Shown here piece by piece: positions 35,678 through 46,568 of a stretch of 55,311 nt of DNA; the first letter of the stretch is position 1; every line of letters begins with the position of its first letter. A model generated the notes under the pieces. The model was given only the letters and a program-made list of their open reading frames with translations. It did no database searches and was not told where the DNA came from. The translations under genes and the position numbers were made by a program. Source of the stretch: Prorocentrum cordatum (lineage: Eukaryota); NCBI GenBank assembly GCA_963575745.1, contig CAUYUJ010000166.1, positions 62,001-117,311 on the forward strand, read 5' to 3'.

Positions 35678-37234
35678 CGTCGTCGTCATTCTTGTGGTCT
35701 TGGGGCAAGGGGGCAGATGAGAACGCGGGTGAGAGACGCGTCCCCCCCCCCCGCCCGACGTTCAACCTCGACGCCTTCATGCGAGGACTGCCCGCGCCCT
35801 TGCTGCGGGGAGGGGGCGGTGGAGTGTCTGGGGGGCGAGGGATGGAGGAGGGAAAATGCGACGGCGACGGAAGGATGGAGCACGAGAAGGGCGATTCAGA
35901 GGATGAAGAGGACAATGACGATACAGAGGCGCGATGGAGGAGGTGGCGGGCGGGCGGGTAAGGACCACGGGAACAAGGCGGAGGGGGAGGAGGAGGAAGA
36001 GGTTGAGGAGGGTAAAGCTTTGTTTCTGCACTCTTCGCTGATCACCTTCACTACTCTCATGTGCGCCCAAGTTAGTACTGATGGGAACGTGCACTGAGGA
36101 CCGCATGTCAGCGCTCGTGTTCATTGCGTGTCTGCCCCGACCTCGTGCGACGGCGGCGTGGCGTCGGTCGTGCGTTGCACTTTGCCGTGCGTGCCCGAAC
36201 AATGCGTGCTCGCACTCTATGTGAGGCGCGGTTAAACGATGATCGAAACGCCCGAACGCGCAAGCAAGGAACCACGAGAAAACCACAACGGAACCACAGG
36301 AAATTCAAACGCAGCTTGAAACGCCTCTTGAAGTCGAAACGGTCGCACGCCGTAGCCTTATCATTTCCAACCCTCAAAGATCGAGGATTTTGGACAAAAA
36401 AAGGAATTCCACGAATTCACTTTTTTCATCAAAGTGGAACTCCTACTGGGGGGTCCTACACATCCCCTGACATCTGGACTGTACCGCGCCTCCCGGCTTC
36501 TTAACGGTTTCGCGGAGTCTCCGAAGGCCCCAAGGAATTTGGGAATTTTGGATTTGGGTTAGATGCTCATCCATTCAGGACTCAGGACAGAAATTCATGC
36601 GCGAACCAAGCATGTCCATCTCTCGTTCAAGTGCCGTGTGGGATAAGCAATGCTGGAGTATTTAATTGCATGGCACTGCAGCCCAAGGTAGCAGCGCCTT
36701 CACGCAGCAGTGTCCAGCGAGCTGCAGCCCAAGGTAGCAGCTCATTTACAGCGCTGGTCGCTGCATCCCAGGCACTATATACTCAGAGCAAGCGAGAGAA
36801 GATGCCCGCGGCAGAGCTGTCATAGAGAAACAACATGGCGGGCGGACGGACGATGGACGTCGGACGACGGAAGAAGACGACGGGACCGCCCCTGGGGGAG
36901 GGGACTTGGGGTGGCCCTGGGGTGGCCCACTTTTCCCCCCCCCCCCCCCCCTTCGCAACCCAATTTGCCCCCCCTTGGCTCCGGGATCCGCTTTGGGGTC
37001 TTTGGGTGGTTCTTTCGGCCTGAAGATGGTTCCGAGCTGGTTCAGGAGGACGCCCGCTGGCCGCCAAGATGGTCCCTTAGTGATCCAAGACGCTCCAAGA
37101 TGTTTCAAGGCGGCCCCCTGGGGCCACAAGATGCCCCAGTGGAACTCCCAAAGGCCCTCCCAAATGACCCCAGAGAGCCACAAACGCAAACACCACTCAG
37201 GTTTCACCATATCCAGGGGGGCCCAGGTGCAGGC

Positions 37235-37500
37235 GCGCATCCCATCGTGGCGTCTTTGGCAGGGACGGTCGCGGGGGATGGCGGACGGCACCGCTCAAGG
37301 AGTATCCGCCGCAGATGTGCCGCGCTATGGCGGCGGCTCCGTACTCCAGGTGGAGGGCAATCGCAGCAGGGGAGGCGGCATGACCCAACGCAGGCGAAGA
37401 TCAGTACCTGCACTTCTACGCCCCCCTCGACCCGACCCCTACCAGCCCGCAGAAGTGGGCCACGACTGCTACAGGGCGGACAGGATGCAACACCGCCAAG
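37235..37500 (+). pseudogene. C-terminal remnant of a retrotransposon-type cytosine DNA methyltransferase domain
   Basis: The frame starting at 37276 reads GWRTAPLKEYPPQMCRAMA...QYLHFYAPLDP, resembling the motif X region of dinoflagellate retrotransposon DNMTs. It is frameshifted, contains a stop and is absent from the ORF track. Confidence 0.5.
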
Positions 37501-38220
37501 CGTAGAGGACCAATGAGCAGCGTGCAGAAGGGACCCGCTGCTACATGACGGCACGACGACCTCTCATGCCACCGAGAGGGCGGAGAAGACGATCACGACT
37601 GCCTCTCGAGCACCTCCCTCAAGGGCATCAGCAGCAACCAGCTGGTGCAGCCAGGAGATCACATATCTCATGCTCCTGGTGGCGGAGGAGTAGATCGTGC
37701 GGACGGGCCGCCACCGAGGTGGAAGGTGGCGGCCCGAAAACGACCAGGCTCCCCGCCGCACCCAGCGCGGGGAACCGCTCCATCACACGATGAGGGCGTC
37801 CCCAGGGCCTCGACTGCTGGGGTCAGTAGACCCGCCTGGGCCCTGGGGCGCCGCGTGTTTCCCTCGGCCCCGTCTTTCCCGGTCCTTTTGTTTAGTTGGT
37901 TATGGTTTCCTCCGCTTTCCTCTCCTCCTGGGGGCCGAGGTTCGCTTTCGCCGCCGCCGCCGTCGAAGCCAGGGAAGCGGGGCGCGCCCGCCTGGCGCGC
38001 GTGGAGGCGGGGAGACGCTGTGCTTAGCGGGAAACGTCAGAAACGTCAGGATGAGGAGGAGGAGGAGGAGGAGGAGGAGGAGGAGGAGGAGGAGGAGGAG
38101 GAAAAGGAGGGATGGTCGCGTCCGGCGGAGTCTCAGACCATCAGTGTTTCAGTGGCTTAGGAGGAGGATGAAGAGGAGGAGTTGGAAGAGGGTCTCTCTC
38201 CGCATCCCCTCCCCCTACGG

Positions 38221-38264
<44 letters not shown>

Positions 38265-39629
38265 GCGGCGGCGGCGACGGCCTTCTCAGGGTTAGTTTCG
38301 ATCCATGTGGTATCCCTTCCGGCTGGCCCGACACGACTCGATTCCGATAGCTTGACGGTCCGATGCGTCCCGAGGCTTGCATGGCGCTGTTGCTCATCCT
38401 GCCGCGGCCGATCCAATCCGATTCCGACTCCGTGCCGATGTCGCCCGAGCCGATGCGCGTTACGATCGGATCCGCTTTCCTGGTAAGGTGCTGACCACTC
38501 CTGCCCCTCGGCTCGGGTCGGACGAAAGGGGAGAATACAGTGGAGGCCCATGCCAAGAAACACCCCGCTTGCCTCCAGGGTGCCTTGGGCTTTTTGGATT
38601 TCGATGGCTTCTCGATGGAAAGCGTGACGTTCCCACACCGGAGAATCAGCTGACGTCCTGGGGTCTCAGGGTTGGGTTTCTGGTGGAAGGTTTCTGGTGG
38701 TCGGACCCCTCCTGTGCTCCCGTCGTTCAGAAGGGCGCTCCTGCCCCAGCGCGGGCCATTTTTGTGGATCCGAGTCCTTCCTCGTCGTGGTCGCCACCTC
38801 TTTGCCTCTTTGCCTCGTCCTGCTCGCCTCGCTCCCTCCACTCCACTTCCCGGTGCTGCTGCCCGTCCCCTTCCGCCTCCCTCCTCCTCCTCCCCCTCCT
38901 CCTCCTGCTTCCTTCTCCTCCTCCTGCTTCCTCCTCCTCCAGGGGAGGCGGCGGGGGGGAGGGGCGAAGTCGGCTGCATGCAGCGGGCGTCGGCCCCGCC
39001 GCCGGGCGCCCTTCCTCGACGCGCTGGCCGCTGGCGCCTCGAGGCCCTGTGGGCGCACTCGCGAGCACCACGCCTTCGCCGCCCCTCCCCCCCCCCCCCC
39101 CCGGGTGTTGCCAGAGGTGCCCCTGGCCCAGGGTGCCTCCAGGATCTCCAAGGATCGGACGCTGGGCGAGGGCTGGCAAATCCGTGGCTGCTAAAACGGC
39201 CTTCCCGGAAGAAAATAACGAAGTCCCGGAATAAAGCTCTGCGCGCGAAATAGTTCACGGGTTGCTTCCCGGAAGAAATAATTTCCCGGAGCTCCGTTTT
39301 GGCCGCCACGGGATTGCCAGCCTTCGCCTGGCGTCCAAAAGGCGGCCCCCACGGCCTCCAGAGAACTCCTCACGAGGCCCAAAGGGCCCCAAAGCTGGGG
39401 GGACACCTTGGGCCGGGGGCACTGTCAGCACCCCCCGACTCCCCCCTCCGTCCAGCCCAGAGCCGCTCTTGCCTCTCGGCGCGCGGGCACCGAGGACTCC
39501 CCCCTCGTGAGGAGGGGCGACACTCGGAGGTGCGCGGGCGGGGCGCGCCGCCGGGAGCGCGCGGGGAGGTGGGCCCCAGAGGGGGCCGGCTGCTGCCGAG
39601 GGCGGTGGCATTGCTACCCAGCGTATGCC

Positions 39630-39754
39630 GATGAGAGTAGTGACAGTGATGATGACGATGATCGTGATGACGATGTTGCTGCTGCTGACGCTGGTGCTGC
39701 TGCTGCTGCTGCTGCTGCTGCTGATGTTGACGATACTGATGATGCTGATGATGC

Positions 39755-39792
<38 letters not shown>

Positions 39793-39992
39793 CTGATGAT
39801 GATGATGATGATGATGCTGATGTTGACGATACTGATGATGCTGATGATGATGACGATGCTGATGATGCTGATGGTGATGCTGAGGGTTATGCCGACGATG
39901 ATGATGCTGATGCTGCTGATGATGCTGATGCTGATGATGCGGATGATGCTGATGCTGATGATGATGCTAATGCTGCTGATGATGCTGATGCT
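39630..39992. repeat. (GAT/GCT)n microsatellite
   Basis: Trinucleotide run. Confidence 0.95.
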
Positions 39993-40067
39993 GAGAGTGG
40001 TTGCATAGTGCTACATATGCCTTCGCTCTTCCCTTCAGCCCCCCCTCTGCTCGCTGCCCAACGCCCG

Positions 40068-43000
40068 CTGTAGCCATATCCTGCTCGGGCTGGCTTACAC
40101 CCCGTTTCTCCAGACTCCGAACCCAGAACCTACCAGTAACATCCCTTATCCTTCCCTTTCTTCCACTTTCACTGCGACCGCCCTATTCTGTTGCGTGCTT
40201 GACAACTGGGAGTTGGGCCTGGTGTAAGGAGCACGTGGTATCCGATCTTCGCGATCAGTGGCATTCACAGTGGTCGCGGAGCCGGCGAGATCCACCGGCT
40301 CCCAGGAACGCTATGTCGGGCGAGGACGGCGCTGATGTTGAAGAGAGTGCGCACACGTTCGGCAAGGACAAGGACCCACCGCCCAGGTACGCTGGTGTCA
40401 AGCCAAAGAGTACGTACAAACTATGGAAGAAAGGGCTCAATCTGTGGGCCACGACGACCGACATTCCAAAGGTGAGGTGGGGGTCAAAGCTGACGCGCAG
40501 GCTGACCAGAAGCGCGAAGGAGGCCTTCGCGGACCTGGAGGTTGAGGAGATTACGTCCGAGGATGGGCTGGATAATATCATTCCGATTCTGGATGAGGCG
40601 TTCGCGCCGTACCTGGAGCAGACCATGCCGCGGGCGCTTGAGAAGGCTGTGTATACGTCCCACCGCGAGACAGGCCAGTGGATGCCAGAGTATTGAGCTG
40701 AAGCGTGGGGGCGTGGTGCTGCCGGCAGAGGCGCGCGGGTATATCATGATGCGGCACGCGAAGCTCGGAGACAAAGGCGAAGACATGATGAATACCTGCA
40801 CCGCTGGTAGCTTCAGAGAAGAAGAGGTGATCAAAGCACTTCGACGACTGGATAAAGTGACCATGGATAAGGGATATCGCCAGTTCTCCGGTGACGACGG
40901 CAACATCGGACTGCGGCTGAGCACCTTCCCAACAACAGAGGACGGCGACGAACAGGACGATGAGGGGCACATTTACGTCTTTGAGGCCGACTTGTAAGAG
41001 GTGCATGAGGAGGCCGACATCACTACGGCACTGGCCTCCTACCAAGCGGTGCTTGAGTCGCCTCGCCAAGAGAAGAGCCGCCGCGGGTTCCACAAGGGCG
41101 GCAAGGGCGGCGGGGAAGACAAGGGCGGTGGCAACCAGTCTCCTCGCCCTGTGCCAGTGGCCCGCTTTGGCAGCAGTGCTAAGTACAAGGACGGACACGG
41201 CAGGAAGGTCAGGCTGCACATCGATGTGATGAAACTCCGTACCTTGTGTGCGCGCTGGTGGGTCGCTGGGCGAAGAAATGCTCCGACCCGCCAGACGCTC
41301 GTGGTGTTGCCGCCGCTGCCAAGAACAAGGTCGGCTTCTTCGCAGGTGCAACGGCACGCAGAGAGATGATCAGCCCGGTCAGCGGGGGAGAGTTCCTCGA
41401 GTGCGAGCCGAAGTATATGTATCACATCGACATTTACCGAGACCCTGGAGCCTCAAGGGAGCCTTGTCGGAACCGTCGCATTGGGCGTCTTGGAGACCGG
41501 CCAGCTCTGGTTTATGCGCTGGGAGTTCCTGGGAGTGACGAGCGGGGAGAAATGTCTTTTTGGGTGGCAGTCAAGGGCCCAGGAGAAGCTGCAGTGAGGT
41601 CTTCAATGAGATGTCAATTCTACAGGGAAGTGCGAAGCTGAAGATGGGGAATCCGAGTCGAGGTGTGGGCTATCTCTGTGGGATGCAGAGGCCTCGGTGG
41701 ACACTGCGGCCCAATCCGGCTTGTTTGAGGCGGAAGCTCTTCAGCCATTCGCCGGCGCAAAATTCAAGTGGGTAAACAAGCCAGCCTTACTGAGCTCAAG
41801 GAGTAGGAGGTAATGCCAGTGCAGTAGGAGTGGCGATCGCGCCGTTCGGGGTCGGAGGCGCCCATCAGCTCTTGGAACTCGCCGTTGTAGAGGGCAACGT
41901 TCCGATGCTGCTGCCAGTGAACACCCATGAGAAGGGCAAGGTCCTCGTGGACCTCGATGCGGTGAAGCGGATCCTGAGGCGAGCGGGCTCTGGGGCTCCG
42001 TGAGAGAGGTTGATGCGGGGCATGTGGCAGTATCGGTAGTGGAGTTCCGGGCCGAGGGTTGGGCTGTTCCACCAGTGGTTCGCGAGTATCGCGATGAAGG
42101 TTTTCGGTGCGATAGCCATCTGAGTCAAGGCCGCCGGGGCTCCGCCGCAAGGCCTAGCGATGTTCTCAGCAATTCCATATCTGATGCAGGTGCAGATCGC
42201 CCCCCGTCGAGCCCGTGCCCTGGCGCGGCAGGGGTGGGTCCGTCTCGCTACGAGCTTGGTGTTATCGGCGTCTGTGCGGCCGCTTGTGGGCGTCTTCTGC
42301 AGCCTGCGTGGAGGTGTGTGATGCGGGTGCAACAGCAGCGATGACGAGGAGGAAGTGCAGGCGGACTGGGGCGGCGGCAGGGTCTGGGCAGCAGCCGGGG
42401 GCTCCGAGTCGGAGAGGCCGGTGTACTCTCCCGAATGGCAGAAGGTTTGCTGCCTGTGTGTAACCGACGGGGAGGATGCGACGGAGAAGTTCGAAGTGGC
42501 GTGGTGCGCGGTACTGGGCGACAATCAGGGGACATGCGGACAGTTCTACCACAGGTGCGAGATGGATGTGTGCAAGTTCCACTAATGGAATGTTATCCCA
42601 CCCTCTCGCCGGCGCTGGCAGTGGCTTCTGGGGGCACGAGCTCAAGCCGACGATGGGCCAGTTCGAGAAGAAGGTGGACGAGTGCGACCACCGCCGGGTC
42701 GGGAAGCTGGAGGGCATGGGAGGTGCGTCGGCAGCGATGTTGTGCGTGCAGTGCGGAGGCCGGTGGAAGAAGGGCAGGGCCTGCGAGCCCGCGTGGTTCT
42801 GTCGATGGAGAAGGCGCAAACGTTGCGCTGGCTTGCGATCGGGGCGATGGAGGAGGTCTTCGGAGAGGTCAGCCCCGGGCCGATCCAGCCCGGGGGTCGG
42901 AGGGCGCAGACGCCAGCAGCGAGCTCGTCTCTAATCGGAGCTGCCAGACAGGAGGAGATACATCTTCCTGGACGGAAGAAGAGGGTGCGCGAGCAGGACA

Positions 43001-44190
43001 TGATGGAGTGCGAGGACTGCGGTTGGTGGTTAGCGGAGGGGGAGCCGCGGCAATTCCTACCCCGGACGCCCTGAAACTGAAGACGTGGAGCCACCTCGGC
43101 CAGTCCAACTGCGAGGCTTTCCCCGGAGACGGAGCGGTTATGATCAATGCGGATCGGCAGCTGACCTCCTCCACGATGGTACAGCATGACCAGGTCGTCG
43201 CCAGGCTCCCGGCGGTGCAAGCGGTCGGGCCGGGACTTCGTGGAGCAGGACGAGACCATTCCCAATTCTATCGATGGCATCGTGATGCTGTTGACTTAGG
43301 GGCTGGAGGTCAACTGCGCGCTCCTAGACGAGGAAAAGCAAGACGTTCCACGCAAGGTGCAGAGCGAGCTTGGGAAGGCGCAGGACCTTACAGTGGGTCT
43401 CGGAGGCTCTGAAGCGGAATCACAGTGGATGGAGCGGCATGCGATCTCAAGCTGTGCTGGAATTTCGACAGGGCCCATGATCGCGCCTCCTGTCTTGCAG
43501 ACCCGCGCGCGCGGGACCCTGACCACGCTGTTGGCATCCCGCCATGTAGTCTTTGGAGTGCCTCCGTGGAATGGAACTTGCACCGCGTGGGCCCCAAGAA
43601 GGCCAGGGCTCACCTCAGCGCCGGGCTCAACCACCTCAGGTTTACTATCAAGGTGTTAACTGAGCTGAGCGACGTGCGCGCGGCCGATACTTCTTGTTCG
43701 CGCATTCCAATGCGGCCAAGAGCTTCGAGGAGCCGGAGGTGATGGCGCTCATGCGGTTGGAAGAAATCCACGTGGTCCATGCAGGCCAGTGCAGGCACGG
43801 CCTCAGAGGACAGTCAGGGACATTCTGGAAGAAGCCAACCACGTTCATTACGAACTCTCCGCGCATAGCAGCAGAGCTCGAGGAGCGGTGCGGGGGCGAC
43901 CGCGAGCGTGAGCTCCTGATCAATGGGAAGGCTCACTACGTTGAACGGTTTCCAGCCGCCTCGTGCAGCGCCATTGCCCAGGGTCTGGGCCTGCAGCTAA
44001 GAGGAGATCAATGGGGGCGCGAGCATCAGGCGGAAGTCTTCGCTGCGGAAGATGATGGGGGATAAGAAGAAGAAGAAGAATACGACATAGAAAAAGAAGA
44101 AGAAGGCGACGACGACCAAGGTGGCGAAAGCGGTGGCCGGGAAGCCCCAGAGGAGGGCAAACCAGAAGAATAATACCCCTCTGACATGCC
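40068..44190 (+). mobile_element. Degenerate Ty1/copia-like LTR retrotransposon fragment carrying a DNMT domain (gag-protease-Zn fingers-DNMT; integrase/RT missing)
   Basis: Gag-like sequence from the ATG at 40313 (PPRY..YKLWKKGLNLWATTTDIP..WGSKL), a broken Zn knuckle at ~41245-41281, aspartic protease VDTAA at ~41700, CxxC clusters at 42450-43030 and DNMT motifs at 43400-44000. Many stops and frameshifts. Possible TG...CA LTR at 40068-40204 followed by ACTGG. Confidence 0.75.
43380..44000 (+). pseudogene. C5 cytosine DNA methyltransferase domain (retrotransposon-borne)
   Basis: DLKLCWNFD, GIPPCS (motif IV PC), FAHS (degenerate motif VI), GQCRHGL, WKKPTTFITNS and RFPAASCSAIAQG (motif X), in the expected order. 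Confidence 0.75.
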
Positions 44191-44537
44191 CAGGAGTGCA
44201 AACTGACATTAAATATGTTATAATTCCTTGTCACCTTCAAAAACAACCATGATACATTTTTGGCAAGAAAAAATGTAACAGAATGCGCGCTAAATGTTTC
44301 ACACTATGTGTATATGATTGTTTGATTTTTAGTGTTTTTTTGCTTCAGAAATCGGTGATGCCCACATGCCCGTATAGACATGATTTCAAAATCGCGCTCT
44401 CGCCGTCAGCGCCATCGCCCCCGTCCCCCCCTCCACTGCGCGCGCGTGCGCCGAGAGCTTTATTTTTGCCCGAGGGCTCCCCCTCGCCCGCGTTCCGAGG
44501 CGCGAGTCCCGCGAGGGCCCTCCAGGCTCCAGGGGCC

Positions 44538-45514
44538 ATGTCGGAGGAGGATCTCGACGCGGCGGCGGCGCCGCCGCGCGGCAAAGGCGGGGGGAGAGGA
44601 TGAAGGAAGGATCGGTCGTATGTCGTCGTCGGTCGTTCGTCGGTCGTTCGTCGTTCGTCGGTCGTTCGTCGGTCGTCGACCGTTGGTCGATCGTTCGTCT
44701 GTAGTCGATCGTTCGTCGGTCGTCATTCGTCGGTCGATCGTCGGTTCGTCGATCGTTCGCCGACGTCGCCGTGGACGTTCCGAAAGGAGGAGGGGGTCGA
44801 CGACGGGGGCGAGGAGGGATTGTCGCCAGGCGACTCAATGATGTTGGCGACGGCCTGCCTCCCCATGCTCCAGCGGGCCGGGAAGCCGAGCTTCATATTA
44901 TACGGGGAGGACGGGTGCAACTCGCCGTTGCAGATTGATAGATTCACCGAGCCCGTCGTCCAGTTTTTCGGAGAAGTGATCAGGATTGCGCAGGGGGATG
45001 AAAATAGCAATTCGGCGAAATGAGTGAGGACAAGGTGAACATGAGATGAGGATGTTGATGATAAATGAGATGAGGCGGAGGCGGTAGCAGGATGAGAATG
45101 AGGATGACTATGAGGAGAAGGAGTCGATCAATGACGAGTGACGGGAACTTCGGGAGGGTGGGGGGGGGGGTAGCTCCCAGGAAGAAGCAGTGCAGCGTCT
45201 CCGACCTGAAGATCAATGATATTGAGATGCAGGGTGCGCTGCACCAGGGGGCGCCGGCGATCGGGTTCGGGTTCAGCGACAGAGACATGTCAGAGTGGAA
45301 GCGGACGATGAGCAAGCGGATTCGCACCATGGTGTGCCATATCAGGACAGAACGCGAGAGAGACGATGGCGGGAGAGGATGAGGAACGAATGGAGGAATA
45401 TTAAAGGAGAGCAGGTAGGGATTACGATGAGATGAGCAGGGTAAAGGGGGGCGGGAGAGAGAGGGAGAAAGAGAGATAGAGAGATGGTAAACATACACTA
45501 TATATACACCAAAA

Positions 45515-45565
<51 letters not shown>

Positions 45566-45595
45566 CAGAGAGAAATATATATTGAGAGAGCGAGC

Positions 45596-45650
<55 letters not shown>

Positions 45651-45667
45651 AGAGAGAGAGAGAGAAT

Positions 45668-45709
<42 letters not shown>

Positions 45710-45841
45710 TGTAGGGACAGGTATCATGATGGAGACCATTGTAGTGGGGGCCTCGAGGGGACAGGATACGAATACAGACCGAATGTTAGAATATATGCAG
45801 AAACACAGGGACACATATACACACATGTGCATACAGAGAGA

Positions 45842-45911
<70 letters not shown>

Positions 45912-46412
45912 AGAGCCCGCGCCCGCAGGAAGTACCAGGGCAAAGACTTCGTCCGCAGGATCAAGGAGGCATCCGAGGGGGACTGCGGCGAGGCGGCGGC
46001 GTCGAGTGCATCGCCGAGGCCGTCGCCCAAGGTCGCGCTCAAGCGGCCTGCTGCTGCCCCCGCGGCGCTGAAGCGCCCCGCCGCTACCGTGGGCGATGGC
46101 GATGATGATGGGAACGGCGAGTCCAGGGGCCATGAAGAAGATGATGATGATGAGGACGGCGAGTCCAGGGGCGGCGGTGATGATGAGGACGGCGAGCCCG
46201 AGAACGACGCCGGGGGCAAGGACAGCGACGGCGACGGCCTCGGCGAGCCCAGCATGGAGGAGCGCATCGCGCACATGGTACATCAGGCTGCGGGGTGGTA
46301 GCGCGGTGGAGGGAGGGGGGGAATGAAAGCGAGGCGGGGGAATTAGAATGAGACGGGGGGAGGTGGAGGCCAGGCTGAGAGAGGGGGTGCATGTATATAT
46401 AGAGAGAGATGG

Positions 46413-46462
<50 letters not shown>

Positions 46463-46517
46463 AGGGAGAGAGAGGGAGGGAGAGAGAGAGAGGGAGAGAG
46501 GTAGAGAACGATATATC

Positions 46518-46568
<51 letters not shown>

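Noticed and set aside
38141..39611. Overlapping ORFs on both strands
   Set aside because: GC-rich, low-complexity sequence with no recognisable motif or consistent codon bias.
40205..40250. tRNA primer-binding site
   Set aside because: TGGGAGTTGGGCC and TGGTATCCG could not be matched confidently to a tRNA 3' end, and no second LTR is in the window.
42112..42130. SL-like TAGCCATCTGAGTCAAG inside the copia element
   Set aside because: Too degenerate and not linked to a clear start codon; the partial CCGTAGCC at ~36350 was rejected for the same reason.
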